Part shown: positions 50,471-60,417 of the stretch, piece after piece
Numbering within the stretch: the first letter of the stretch is position 1
Layout of the letters: every line of letters begins with the position of its first letter
Origin: Hyalangium minutum
Lineage (GTDB): Bacteria; Myxococcota; Myxococcia; Myxococcales; Myxococcaceae
DNA: 64,000 nucleotides
Direction: 5' to 3'
NCBI RefSeq assembly: GCF_000737315.1
Contig: NZ_JMCB01000023.1
Location: 62,001-126,000, forward strand
Notes under the pieces: model-generated
Told to the model about the DNA's origin: nothing
Seen by the model: the letters and a program-made list of their open reading frames with translations, nothing else
Databases searched by the model: none
Translations under genes and position numbers: made by a program

Positions 50471-51418
50471 ATGAGCTCCACTTCGTCCTCCGTCCTGCGC
50501 GCAGACCAGATCTGGATCGACGGCAAGTTCGTGAAATGGGACGAGGGCCACATGCACGTGATGACCCACGCCCTGCACTACGGCCTGGGCGTCTTCGAGG
50601 GCATCCGCGCCTACCGCACGCATGACGGCCGCCTGGCCGTGTTCCGGCTGAAGGAGCACATCCAGCGGCTGATGGACTCGGCCCACATCTGCCTGATGAA
50701 GATGCCGTACACGGCCGAGCAGCTGGAGGAGGCCTGCCTGGAGCTGCTGCGCAAGCAGCGCGACCTGTTCTCCAACGGCGCGTACCTGCGCCCCATCGCC
50801 TTCATGGGCGACGGCGCCATGGGCCTGGGCGCGGTGAACCCCATCCGCGCCGTCATCACCGCCTGGGACTGGGGCGCCTACCTGGGCGAGAAGGGCATCC
50901 GCGAGGGCATCCGCGCCAAGGTCAGCTCCTTCACCCGCATGCACGTGAACGTGAACATGGTGCGCGGGAAGATCTCCGGCCAGTACGTGAACTCCATCCT
51001 CGCCAAGCGCGAGGCGGTGCTGGGCGGCTACGACGAGGCCATCCTGCTGGACATCAGCGGCTTCGTGGCCGAGGCCTCCGGCGAGAACATCTTCATGGTG
51101 AACAAGAAGGGCGTGATCAAGACGCCGCCCCTCTCCTCCCCCATCCTCGACGGCATCACCCGCGACACGGTGCTGAAGCTCCTCAAGGACAGCGGCCGCT
51201 ACGTGGAGGAAGTCACCTTCACCCGTGACGCGCTCTACATCGGCAACGAGATCTTCTTCACCGGCACCGCCGCGGAGATCACCCCCGTGCGCGAGGTGGA
51301 CAACCGCCAGGTAGGCGAGGGCAAGCCCGGCCCGGTGACGAAGTTCGTGCAAGACACCTACTTCCGCGTCGTCCGGGGCCAAGAGCCCCGCTACGCCGAG
51401 TGGCTCACCTACGTCTGA
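50471..51418 (+). CDS. ilvE: Branched-chain amino acid aminotransferase
   Basis: HALHYGLGVFEGIRAY, AYLRP, KISGQYVNS, EASGENIF, ILDGITR, TGTAAEITP. Confidence 0.96.
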   Translation: MSSTSSSVLRADQIWIDGKFVKWDEGHMHVMTHALHYGLGVFEGIRAYRTHDGRLAVFRLKEHIQRLMDSAHICLMKMPYTAEQLEEACLELLRKQRDLFSNGAYLRPIAFMGDGAMGLGAVNPIRAVITAWDWGAYLGEKGIREGIRAKVSSFTRMHVNVNMVRGKISGQYVNSILAKREAVLGGYDEAILLDISGFVAEASGENIFMVNKKGVIKTPPLSSPILDGITRDTVLKLLKDSGRYVEEVTFTRDALYIGNEIFFTGTAAEITPVREVDNRQVGEGKPGPVTKFVQDTYFRVVRGQEPRYAEWLTYV

Positions 51419-51452
51419 GCAGTTCCTGGAACGGATGAGGTAAAACGACGCG

Positions 51453-52787
51453 ATGCCTCAGCCCGGCTACCAGGACGACAACCCGTTCAATCTCGAGAAT
51501 CCGGCCATCCTCGACATCGCTCCACCGGAGCCGAAGTCGCTGGAGGAGACCGGGCTCAAGATGGGCCTGCTGTCCGACATCGCCCTGAAGTTCCTGTACT
51601 ACTCGGGCACCGGCACGGGCATGGCGATCGCCGACGAGCTGTGCCTGCCCTGGCCCGGCGTCATCGAGCGGGTCGTGGACTTCGTCGCCAACGAGAAGCT
51701 CGTGGACCTGCGCGGCGGCAAGGGCTTCGGCCGCGCCTCGGTGGAGTTCGTCCTCACCGAGAAGGGCCGCGAGTACGCGCGCGACGCGCTCACCCGGACC
51801 ACCTACGTAGGCCCCGCCCCCGTGCCCCTCGAGCAGTACAACGCGCTCATCAGCCAGCAGACCGAGGAGAACCCCGTCGTCAGCCGGGACGATCTGCTGA
51901 TGGGCCTGTCCCACCTCACCGTCACCGAGGATCTGCTCGACAAGCTGGGGCCCGCCGTCAACTCGAGCCGCTCGCTGTTCCTCTACGGCCCTCCGGGCAA
52001 CGGGAAGACGAGCCTCGCCGAGGCCATCTCGCGCATGTTCGGCGGCGAGGCCTTCATCCCCTACTGCATCGAGATCGACAACCAGATCATCAAGGTCTTC
52101 GACAACCTGAACCACACCGCCGTCCCGCTGGAGCTGGGCCGCGACAACGCGGGGCGCCGGCAAACCTTCGAGATGGACAACCGGTGGCAGCTCTGCCGCA
52201 GGCCCGCCGTGGTGGTGGGCGGTGAGCTGACGCTGGAGACGCTGGATCTCATCTACTCGGAGACCGCCCGCTTCTACGAGGCCCCGTTCCAGGTGAAGGC
52301 CAACGGCGGCATGCTCCTGATCGACGACTTCGGCCGCCAGAAGGTCCACCCCACGGACCTGCTGAACCGGTGGATCGTCCCCCTGGAGAAGCGCATCGAC
52401 TTCCTCACCCTCCACACCGGTAAAAAGTTCGAGATCCCTTTCGAACAGCTCCTGGTGTTCTCCACGAACCTGGATCCCAAGGAACTCGTGGACGAGGCGT
52501 TCCTGCGCCGCATCAAGTACAAGATCGAGGTGAAGAACCCGGACGAGCGCACCTTCCGGGAGATCTTCGAGCGTGTGTGCGAGGCGGCAGGCATCCCCTA
52601 CGTGGATCAGGCCGTCACCTACCTCTTCGAGGCGTACTACAAGCCGCGGAGCATGCAGCTGCGCGCGTGCCACCCGAGAGACCTGGTGGCGCTCATCAAG
52701 GACGCCGCGCGCTACCGCCAACAGCCCCCCGCCCTGTCCAAGGAACTGCTCGACCAGGCATGCGAGGTCTTCCTCGTCGACCTGTGA
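51453..52787 (+). CDS. Uncharacterised AAA+ ATPase with N-terminal winged-helix-like region
   Basis: YVGPAPV, GPPGNGKTS (Walker A), LLIDDFGRQ (Walker B), STNL, DEAFLRRI. Confidence 0.85.
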   Translation: MPQPGYQDDNPFNLENPAILDIAPPEPKSLEETGLKMGLLSDIALKFLYYSGTGTGMAIADELCLPWPGVIERVVDFVANEKLVDLRGGKGFGRASVEFVLTEKGREYARDALTRTTYVGPAPVPLEQYNALISQQTEENPVVSRDDLLMGLSHLTVTEDLLDKLGPAVNSSRSLFLYGPPGNGKTSLAEAISRMFGGEAFIPYCIEIDNQIIKVFDNLNHTAVPLELGRDNAGRRQTFEMDNRWQLCRRPAVVVGGELTLETLDLIYSETARFYEAPFQVKANGGMLLIDDFGRQKVHPTDLLNRWIVPLEKRIDFLTLHTGKKFEIPFEQLLVFSTNLDPKELVDEAFLRRIKYKIEVKNPDERTFREIFERVCEAAGIPYVDQAVTYLFEAYYKPRSMQLRACHPRDLVALIKDAARYRQQPPALSKELLDQACEVFLVDL

Positions 52788-52909
52788 AGCAGGGTTTTGT
52801 TGTCCCAACCGCACGGAATTTCTAGAATCCCGCCCCGGTTTCAATTGACGGCCGGACGCCAGATCCCCAGAGACGTGATGGGGAACGGGCACGAAGGAGC
52901 CGCAGGTCC

Positions 52910-53743
52910 GTGAAGGAACGCTACCAAGAGATCGACGAGAAGAACGAAGCGCTGCGCGACTACCTGGGCATCTTCAAGGAGAAGGCCCGGGAGTTCATCG
53001 ACCGCTTCGAGATGTCGTGGATCTACCACGATGCGGCGCTTGAGGGCGTCGTGTACACGCAGCAGGAGCTGACCGCGGCGCTGTATCCGGGCCGCTTGGC
53101 GGCCGAAGCGTCCATGATGCCGGTGGTGCTGGAGGTCCGGAACCACAAGGCAGTCTGCGACTACATCCGAGAGGAAGCGGCCACCAGCAAGAAGACCGCG
53201 CAGATCACGCTGACGCAGATCAAGCGGATGCACGATCTCTTCATCGGCAACACGCCCGAGGCCCAGGCGGCCCGCGCGGCCACCGAGCGTCGCGAGCGCA
53301 CCGAGAAGGAGCTGGCCAAGGAGCGCGATCGGGCAGGCTTCCGCAAGGACATGCCGCTGCACCGCACGTACTTCCACGACATCGCCCAGCCCGCGAAGAT
53401 CCAGCCCGCGCTGGAGAAGCTGGTGGACTACACCGCGAGCGCCGAGTTCCGCGAGTTCCACCCGATCAAGCAGGCGGCGACGGTGCAGCACATGTTCCTG
53501 CAGATCTTCCCCTTCACCGAGCACAGCGGGAAGGTGGGCCGGATGTGCACGAACCTGATCCTGCTGCGCAACAACTACATGCCGGCGGTGATCCACTCGA
53601 TCGATCGGCAGAAGTACTACGAGTCCTTCCGCGGCCCCGTGGCGGGCTTCCGCACGCTGCTGATGGACGCGATCGAGAACTCGCTGGACAACGGCGTCAA
53701 GTACTTCAGGGACTTGAACCGCCGGTACAAGGCCATCAACTAG
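52910..53743 (+). CDS. Fic/Fido family protein with degenerate active site
   Basis: HP...AA..H..F..IFPFTEHSGKVGR in place of HPFxDGNGRxxR; typical Fido helices (IKRMH, GFRK). Confidence 0.75.
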   Translation: MKERYQEIDEKNEALRDYLGIFKEKAREFIDRFEMSWIYHDAALEGVVYTQQELTAALYPGRLAAEASMMPVVLEVRNHKAVCDYIREEAATSKKTAQITLTQIKRMHDLFIGNTPEAQAARAATERRERTEKELAKERDRAGFRKDMPLHRTYFHDIAQPAKIQPALEKLVDYTASAEFREFHPIKQAATVQHMFLQIFPFTEHSGKVGRMCTNLILLRNNYMPAVIHSIDRQKYYESFRGPVAGFRTLLMDAIENSLDNGVKYFRDLNRRYKAIN

Positions 53744-53894
53744 CGTGGCCACGGCTACCCACCTCTCATGCAAGGGTGGGTAGGGGATCAATCGGGCGAG
53801 TGGCCTCCTTGTTCCCCATGAAGGCGCTCCGGTCCATTCGCATGATTGGACGAAGGAGACGCCTTTCGCCGGAGGCGGTAAAAGAAGAGCGACC

Positions 53895-55010
53895 ATGCCA
53901 GGTACAACGTCCGTCCACCCCCGCCGAGCCCCACCTCCAGGGGAAGGTGCGGAACCTGCGTCACCCCGGCTCGCGGAGTTGCCTGCCCGGGGCAAGCTGG
54001 AACGGCTGATGCGCGTGGCGAAGGGCAAGAAGCGGGCACTCATCCTCACCCACGACAACCCGGACCCGGACTCCATGGCGGCCGCAGTGGCCCTCGCCCA
54101 CATCCTGGAGAAGCGTGCGGGCATCGAGGCCCGGGTAGGTTACGGCGGCATTATCGGGCGCGCGGAGAACATCGCCTTCGTGAAGGTGCTGCACCTGCCT
54201 GTGTCGCACGTGTCGCAGCTGGATCTGGACTCGTTCGATCTGTTCGGCCTGGTGGACACGCAGCCGCCGGTGGGCAACCACTCGTTGCCGTCGCGGATCC
54301 GGGTGGACATCGTGGTGGATCACCACCCGCTGCGCGAGGAGAGCCTGCAGGCACCGTTCGCGGACGTGGGCGGAGACTTTGGTGCCACCTCGACGATGGT
54401 GGTGGAGTACATGCGCGCGGCGAAGCTGGAGCCCTCGGTGGAGGTGGCGACCGCGCTGTTCTACGGAATCAAAGCGGACACGCGGGATCTGGGCCGCGAG
54501 ACGACCCAGACGGACGTGGACAGCTACCTGTGGCTCTTCCCGCGCTGCGACAAGCAGCTGCTGGGGCAGATCGAGCATCCGGTGCTGCCGGCCCGCTACT
54601 TCCAGCTGTACCACACGGCCTTCGAGCGGGCGAAGGTGTACAGCTCGGCCATCGTCACCGATCTGGAGGAGGTCTACTCCCCGGACATGGTGGCCGAGGT
54701 CGCCGAGCGGATGATGTTCCTCGAGGGCATGAAGTGGTCGCTGGCCTATGCGACGTACCGCAACCAGCTCTACGTCTCCCTGCGAGTGAAGGATCGGCGG
54801 ATGAACGCGGGCCGGCTGATCCGGGAGATCTGCGAGGACTACGGCGGTTCCTCGGGCGGCCATGGGAGCATGGCGGGCGCACGGCTGCCGCTGTCTGGGC
54901 GCGCCAACCAGCGCAAGGCACTCAAGCGCGAGCTGGTGAACCGGTTCCTGGAGGCGTTTGGCGTCGCGGATGAGCGGCCGGTCTCGCTGCTCGCCGCGCA
55001 GGACGCGTGA
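53895..55010 (+). CDS. DHH family phosphoesterase
   Basis: HDNPDPDS, LVDTQP, VVDHHP, GIKADT, GGHGSMAG (DHHA1). Confidence 0.92.
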   Translation: MPGTTSVHPRRAPPPGEGAEPASPRLAELPARGKLERLMRVAKGKKRALILTHDNPDPDSMAAAVALAHILEKRAGIEARVGYGGIIGRAENIAFVKVLHLPVSHVSQLDLDSFDLFGLVDTQPPVGNHSLPSRIRVDIVVDHHPLREESLQAPFADVGGDFGATSTMVVEYMRAAKLEPSVEVATALFYGIKADTRDLGRETTQTDVDSYLWLFPRCDKQLLGQIEHPVLPARYFQLYHTAFERAKVYSSAIVTDLEEVYSPDMVAEVAERMMFLEGMKWSLAYATYRNQLYVSLRVKDRRMNAGRLIREICEDYGGSSGGHGSMAGARLPLSGRANQRKALKRELVNRFLEAFGVADERPVSLLAAQDA

Positions 55011-56164
55011 TCTACTGGGATCACAACGCGGCCGCTCCGCTGCGGCCGGAAGTGGCCCGGGCACTCGCGCGGGCCTTCACCGAGGGCGGCTTCGGCAATC
55101 CCTCGAGCGTGCACCAGGCGGGCCGTGAGGCTCGGGGCCGGTTGGACTCGGCGCGGGCCCGGGTGGCGCGGGTGCTCGGCTGCGAGCCCAAGGAGATCTG
55201 CTTCACGGGCTCCGGCTCCGAGGCGGATGCACTGGCGCTCAAGGGCGCCTTCCTCGCGCGGCCAGATGCGAACCGGCGCCGCATCGTGTCCTCGGCCATC
55301 GAACACCCGGCCGTGCTCGCTGCGCTGACGCAGCTGGAGAAGCAGGGCGCGGAGGTGGTGCGGCTGAAGCCAGGCACGGACGGCCGCGTGCGAGCGGAGG
55401 CAGTGCTGGAAGCGCTCACTCCAGCAACGGCGCTCTGCTCGCTGATGTGGGCCAACAACGAGACGGGCGTGGTGCAGCCGGTGGCTGAGGTGGCCCGTGC
55501 GTGCCGCCAGCGCGGAATCCTCTTCCACACGGATGCGGTGCAGGTGGCGGGGAAGCTGCCGCTGAGCCTGCGCGAGGTAGACGCGGATCTGCTTGCCCTG
55601 TCCGCGCACAAGTTCGGAGGCCCCGCTGGCGCGGGCGCATTGGTGGTGCGCAAGGGCGTAGACACACAAGCCCTCACCCCGGGTCACCAGGAGGCGGGAC
55701 GCCGAGGCGGCACTCAGAACGTGCCCTACGCGGAGGCGCTCGCCCTGGCCCTGGAGTTGTCCCAGGAAGACCAGGAGGCCACCGCCGCGCGCGTGGGTGC
55801 ACTGCGAGACACGTTCGAGCGCGAGGTTCTCACGAGCATCTCCGATGTCACCGTGAACGGCGCGGGCGCGCCGCGCGTGCCCAACACCAGCAACCTCTCC
55901 ATCCATGGCGCGGATGGAGAGGCGCTCCTCATCGCGCTGGATCTGGAAGGCATCTGCGTCTCCTCAGGGGCGGCCTGTGCCTCCGGGACGCTGACGCCGT
56001 CGCACGTGCTCACCGCCATGGGCCTTACGCCTGCCCAGGCGCACGCCTCGCTCCGCTTCTCCCTGGGCCCTGGCGCCACCGAGGCCGAGGTGGAGCGCGT
56101 CGTGAAGGCCCTGCGCACGCACGTGCCGCGTGCACGAGCCCTCGCGGCTCAGGACCTCGCCTAG
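55007..56164 (+). CDS. Cysteine desulfurase (IscS/NifS family)
   Basis: YWDHNAAAP, GNPSS.H, FTGSGSEAD, ANNETG, HTDAVQ, SAHKFGGP, SSGAACASG. Confidence 0.94.
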   Translation: MIYWDHNAAAPLRPEVARALARAFTEGGFGNPSSVHQAGREARGRLDSARARVARVLGCEPKEICFTGSGSEADALALKGAFLARPDANRRRIVSSAIEHPAVLAALTQLEKQGAEVVRLKPGTDGRVRAEAVLEALTPATALCSLMWANNETGVVQPVAEVARACRQRGILFHTDAVQVAGKLPLSLREVDADLLALSAHKFGGPAGAGALVVRKGVDTQALTPGHQEAGRRGGTQNVPYAEALALALELSQEDQEATAARVGALRDTFEREVLTSISDVTVNGAGAPRVPNTSNLSIHGADGEALLIALDLEGICVSSGAACASGTLTPSHVLTAMGLTPAQAHASLRFSLGPGATEAEVERVVKALRTHVPRARALAAQDLA

Positions 56165-56165
56165 C

Positions 56166-57101
56166 TCAGTCGCTGGCGCCGAAGAGCCCGCGGACCACGG
56201 CGGCGATGGCCAGCGGAGTGCCCACGAGCTCGTCGTAGTGCGGCGTGAGCGCCTTGGCATAGGTCTCCGCCGTGGGAAACCGGTCCTCGATGCGCGCCGC
56301 GAACCCTCGGGAGACCAGCTCCTCTAGCAGCTCGGGGACCTCCGGGCGGAACACGTGGATGGGCCGGTACCGGCGGTGCCGGATGTTGAAGAACACCTCT
56401 TCCGGCGTGTTGCCCGTGAAGGGACGCTCCAACGTGAGCAGCTCGTAGAGCACCACGGTGGCAGCCCACAGATCCGCCTCGGGGGTGACGACGCCACGCA
56501 GCGACTCGGGAGACAGGTAGTAGGGCTTGCCCAGCACCTCGCCGCCGTCGCGCGAGCCATCCACGAACACGCGCGCCACGCCGAAGTCGCCCAGCTTGAT
56601 CTCCCCCATCCGGGAGATAAACACGTTGGACGGGGACACATCGCAGTGGACGATGCCCAGCGGCGTGCCGTTCGCGTCCACCGCCGTGTGCGCGTACGCC
56701 AGCGCCTCCAGCAGCACCTTGCCCAGGTACACGGCGAAGTCGAGCGGCAGCGGAATCCCCCGCTGCTTGCACCGGCGGAGGATCTGCGCCAGGTCCCGCC
56801 CGTCCACCAGATCCATGACGATGTAGTAGGTGCCCTCGGCGACGCCCACGTCCAACACCTTCACGATGTTGGGGTGATCCAGCTGGGTGGACAGGTCCGC
56901 CTCGCGGATGAAGCTCTCCACCGAGGACGGATCCCCCGTGAGCGAGGGCAGCAGCCGCTTCACCGCCACGCTCCAGCCCTCGTAGCGGCCGGAGAGCACG
57001 CGGGCCCGGAACACCTCGGCCATGCCACCCTTGCCCAGCGGAGCCAGGAGCTCGTAGTTGCCGAAGACCCGGGTCGGGCGCGGCGTCACGGGCGTGCTCA
57101 C
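56166..57101 (-). CDS. Soluble Ser/Thr protein kinase
   Basis: GKGGMAEVF, AVKRL, HCDVSPSN, KLGDFG, GKPYYLSPE, DLW. Confidence 0.92.
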   Translation of the reverse strand: MSTPVTPRPTRVFGNYELLAPLGKGGMAEVFRARVLSGRYEGWSVAVKRLLPSLTGDPSSVESFIREADLSTQLDHPNIVKVLDVGVAEGTYYIVMDLVDGRDLAQILRRCKQRGIPLPLDFAVYLGKVLLEALAYAHTAVDANGTPLGIVHCDVSPSNVFISRMGEIKLGDFGVARVFVDGSRDGGEVLGKPYYLSPESLRGVVTPEADLWAATVVLYELLTLERPFTGNTPEEVFFNIRHRRYRPIHVFRPEVPELLEELVSRGFAARIEDRFPTAETYAKALTPHYDELVGTPLAIAAVVRGLFGASD

Positions 57102-58039
57102 GGGCTCGAGGTTCCGCTGGTCGCCGTTCCGCGCCCCTTCTTGTCGGCGGAACTCTTCACCAGCTCCTTGAACCGGGGCTCAGCGCCCAGCGCCTGGTTC
57201 AGATCCTTGTCATTCTTCGCCGCGGTCTCGAGATCGTACCCCGCCTCCACCGCGCGCCCCAGGTACTCCAGCGCCCTGGCCTTGTCGCGCTTCTGGGCAT
57301 AGGCACAGCCCAGCATGTAGTAGAGGTTCGGATCGCCGCCGCGGAGGGCGGATTTGGCCCGCTCCAGGTTCTTGATGGCCAGCGCCACCTGCCCCTGCAT
57401 GAGCTGGCTGGCGCCCAGCCCCATGTACGCGGGCCAGTTCGTGTCCCCGGAGTCGATCTCCAGGCTGGCCTTGAACTGCTTCACGGCCTCGCCGTACTGC
57501 TTCTTCTCGAAGAACTCCTGGCCCTTGACGCTTGCCTGCTTGGCCAGATCCATGCGCGAGTTGCGCTTGGAGACCAGCTCCGCCGCGGAGCCCGCCGGCG
57601 CGCCACTGGTAGGCGTCTCCTCGGGACTGGCCCGGGTGGCCAACACCAGATTGAAGCGCCCCGAGCGAGGCAGCCCGTCCGACTGGCACCCGGGGCTCAG
57701 CTTCACGTACCCCACCACCGAGTTGTCCGCGGCGTTATAGAAGCCCAGCAGCGAGTAGCTCTGCTCGGCGGGACACAGGTCCCCCTTCAGGCAGACCCGG
57801 AGACGCGCCACCAGCACCGAGCCCTCGAAGTCCCCTTCCAACACCTGGCTCTGGGGAGCAAAGCCGCAGCCGCCACCGCCCACGTAGGTGCCGACAACGT
57901 GAGCGCCCTCCGTCTTCAGCTCCAGCTGGCCGTACGTGTCGGCCCGGAAGGTGCCTAAGAGCGAGGGACCTGCCGCAGCAAGCCCTGGCACCAGGAAAAG
58001 GGCCAACGCGAGGCCTGTTATAAGAGGGGCGGGCGCCAT
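57098..58039 (-). CDS. Secreted TPR-containing protein
   Basis: Signal peptide, Cys-containing beta domain, C-terminal TPRs (YYMLGCAYA..ALEYL.RAV..GY); overlaps the kinase start. Confidence 0.75.
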   Translation of the reverse strand: MAPAPLITGLALALFLVPGLAAAGPSLLGTFRADTYGQLELKTEGAHVVGTYVGGGGCGFAPQSQVLEGDFEGSVLVARLRVCLKGDLCPAEQSYSLLGFYNAADNSVVGYVKLSPGCQSDGLPRSGRFNLVLATRASPEETPTSGAPAGSAAELVSKRNSRMDLAKQASVKGQEFFEKKQYGEAVKQFKASLEIDSGDTNWPAYMGLGASQLMQGQVALAIKNLERAKSALRGGDPNLYYMLGCAYAQKRDKARALEYLGRAVEAGYDLETAAKNDKDLNQALGAEPRFKELVKSSADKKGRGTATSGTSSP

Positions 58040-58102
58040 GGGAGACAGGGCCGGCGCATCATAGGAGGCAGGGGCCCGCGTTGTAAACGCGTGCGAGACA
58101 CC

Positions 58103-58131
58103 TTGACCTGGCCGGTGGGCGTCCTTATCAT
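58103..58131 (+). promoter_or_regulatory. Sigma70-type promoter for 6S RNA-ygfA
   Basis: TTGACC (58103-58108), 17 bp spacer, TATCAT (58126-58131). Confidence 0.65.
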
Positions 58132-58203
58132 TTCATCCGGATATTCCGCAGTTTCTTCAATAACTTCGAGGATTTAGAGACCGGAAACGGTTGTTCAAGG
58201 GCT

Positions 58204-58395
58204 GTCCCCTGCGGGGCGCGTGATGCCCAGCAGAAATTCGAACCGATACGTCCATCACGGGGTCCGTTTCGGGTTCCATGCGCAAGCCCTCCCCCTCGCG
58301 GGGCAGAGGGAAGCCTACGGAGCCATGACTTTGGTCCCCACCTGGCTTTTATAGGGTTCAATGGACGCTAGGCACACGGCCATACGGCGGGGGAC
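58204..58395 (+). ncRNA. ssrS: 6S RNA
   Basis: ~190 nt with complementary ends (GTCCCC..GGGGAC); internal CCGATA, GAAGCCT, CACCT, GGGTTCAA segments reminiscent of 6S; classical position directly upstream of ygfA. Confidence 0.85.
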
Positions 58396-58407
58396 TTTTT
58401 CTGTGGA

Positions 58408-59040
58408 GTGGCGGCGGTGAGCGAGACGGTGGCGACAGACGAGGCGGCGCGAAAGCAGGGCCTGCGCGAGGAGTTAACGGCGCGGCGCAAGGCAATGACG
58501 CCAGACCTTATCGACGGGCGTGGGTTGAAGGTGCAGTCTCGGTTCCTGGCTTCGCCCTACTATCAAAAGGCACGGACGGTGGCGCTGTACGCCCCCATCC
58601 GGGGCGAAGTGCCCACACGGGACATTCTCATCGCGGCGCTGCAAGACGAGAAGATCGTCTGCTACCCGCTGTCCCATGTGCACGGGCGGATCCTCTCGTT
58701 CCGGGCGATCAAGTCCGAGGCCGAGCTGGAGCCGGGGCGGTTGGGGGTGCGCGAGCCCTCCAACTCCTCGGATCTGATTCCGGTGGACCAGATCGACTTG
58801 TTCGTGGTGCCAGGCCTGGGCTTCACCCGGGACGGCAAGCGGCTGGGGCGCGGCGGTGGCTATTACGACGCCACGCTCCGGGCGGCCTCGGCGCGCAGCC
58901 GGCGTGTGGGCCTGGCCTTCAGTGACCAGATCGTCCAGATGATGCCGACCAACGGCGACGATGTGGACATGGACCTGGTGGTCACCGAGATCGAGTCCTA
59001 CCGGGGCCTGTTCCGCGACTGGGACTTCCTGGACACCTGA
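58408..59040 (+). CDS. ygfA: 5-formyltetrahydrofolate cyclo-ligase
   Basis: ALYAPIRGEV, DLFVVPGLGFTRDGKRLGRGGGYYD, DVDMDLVVTE. Confidence 0.95.
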   Translation: MAAVSETVATDEAARKQGLREELTARRKAMTPDLIDGRGLKVQSRFLASPYYQKARTVALYAPIRGEVPTRDILIAALQDEKIVCYPLSHVHGRILSFRAIKSEAELEPGRLGVREPSNSSDLIPVDQIDLFVVPGLGFTRDGKRLGRGGGYYDATLRAASARSRRVGLAFSDQIVQMMPTNGDDVDMDLVVTEIESYRGLFRDWDFLDT

Positions 59041-59052
59041 GCCAGCTTCCCT

Positions 59053-59090
59053 GAAGGCCCGGTGGAGATTGCCACCGGGCCTTTCACTTT
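59053..59090 (+). terminator. Intrinsic terminator-like hairpin after ygfA
   Basis: AAGGCCCGGTGG-agattg-CCACCGGGCCTT followed by TCACTTT. Confidence 0.65.
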
Positions 59091-59154
59091 CAGGTGAACA
59101 GCGCCTCAGAAGCGCCTCGCGGCGCGTGTGGATTCGGGTAAGTTGGCGCGCGCC

Positions 59155-60417
59155 ATGACCCAGGATCTGTTGCGCAAGGCGACGCCCGAGGAGCAGTTCG
59201 AGGAAGTGACTCGCGGCACCGTGGACCTCCAGGTGGCCGAGGAGCTCAAGAAGAAGCTCGAGCGCTCTTATAAGGAGGGCAAGCCGCTCGTCATCAAGGC
59301 GGGCTTCGATCCCACCCGGCCGGACCTGCACCTGGGGCACTCGCTGCTGCTCACGCGCATGCGGCGCTTCCAGGACTTCGGGCACACGGTGGTGTTCCTG
59401 ATTGGTGACTTCACGGCGCTGATCGGCGATCCGTCTGGGAAGAACACGACGCGGCCTCCCCTCTCCCGTGAGGAGGTGCAGGTCAACGCGGAGACGTACA
59501 AGCAGCAAGTGTTCAAGGTGCTGGACGCCGGGCGGACGCAGGTGCGCTTCAACTCCGAGTGGCTGGATGGACTGGGCACCGAGGGGATGATCCGGCTGGC
59601 GTCGAGCTACTCGGTGCAGCGCATGCTGGAGCGCGACGACTTCAAGAAGCGCTTCCGGGACAACCGCACCATCGCCATCCACGAGTTCCTGTACCCGCTG
59701 CTGCAGGGCTACGACTCGGTGGCCCTGAAGTCGGATGTGGAGCTGGGAGCGACCGACCAGCTCTTCAACCTGCTCGTCGGCCGGCAGCTCATGAAGGACA
59801 AGGCGATGGAGCCGCAGGTGATCATGACGGGCCCCATCCTGGAGGGCCTCGACGCCAGGGCGGTGGATGGGAAGATCGTCGGCGACAAGATGTCCAAGAG
59901 CCTGGACAACTACGTGGGCATCAACGAGTCCGCGGATCAGATCTTCGGCAAGCTGATGAGCATCACGGACGATCTGATGTGGCGCTACTACGAGCTGCTC
60001 TCGTCCAGGACGCTGAAAGAGGTGCAGGCCCTGCGCGAGTCGGTGCAGTCCGGGCAGACGCACCCGAAGGCGGCCAAGGTGGCGTTCGCGCAGGAGCTCG
60101 CCTCGCGCTTCCAGGGCGAGGAGGCCGGAAAGAAGGCGGCGGCGGACTTCGAGGCGCGCTTCGCCAACAAGCAGCTGGACACGGAGAGCTTGGCGCTCAC
60201 CACGGTGCCGCTGGCCGGAGCGCCGAAGGCGCTGGTGACCAAGGTGCTGCCGGAGACGAAGCTGGTGGCCTCGTCCACCGAGGCGCGCAAGCTGATGGCC
60301 CAGGGCGGAGTCCGGGTGAACGGTGAGAAGGTGACCGATCCGAAGGCGGAGCTGGGGCCTGGCGAGTACCTCGTGCAGGTGGGCAAGCTGAAGGCGGCGA
60401 AGCTGAAGTTGGAGTAG
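59155..60417 (+). CDS. tyrS: Tyrosine--tRNA ligase
   Basis: [13 protein letters not shown] (HIGH), [21 protein letters not shown]-terminal S4 domain. Confidence 0.97.
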   Translation: MTQDLLRKATPEEQFEEVTRGTVDLQVAEELKKKLERSYKEGKPLVIKAGFDPTRPDLHLGHSLLLTRMRRFQDFGHTVVFLIGDFTALIGDPSGKNTTRPPLSREEVQVNAETYKQQVFKVLDAGRTQVRFNSEWLDGLGTEGMIRLASSYSVQRMLERDDFKKRFRDNRTIAIHEFLYPLLQGYDSVALKSDVELGATDQLFNLLVGRQLMKDKAMEPQVIMTGPILEGLDARAVDGKIVGDKMSKSLDNYVGINESADQIFGKLMSITDDLMWRYYELLSSRTLKEVQALRESVQSGQTHPKAAKVAFAQELASRFQGEEAGKKAAADFEARFANKQLDTESLALTTVPLAGAPKALVTKVLPETKLVASSTEARKLMAQGGVRVNGEKVTDPKAELGPGEYLVQVGKLKAAKLKLE

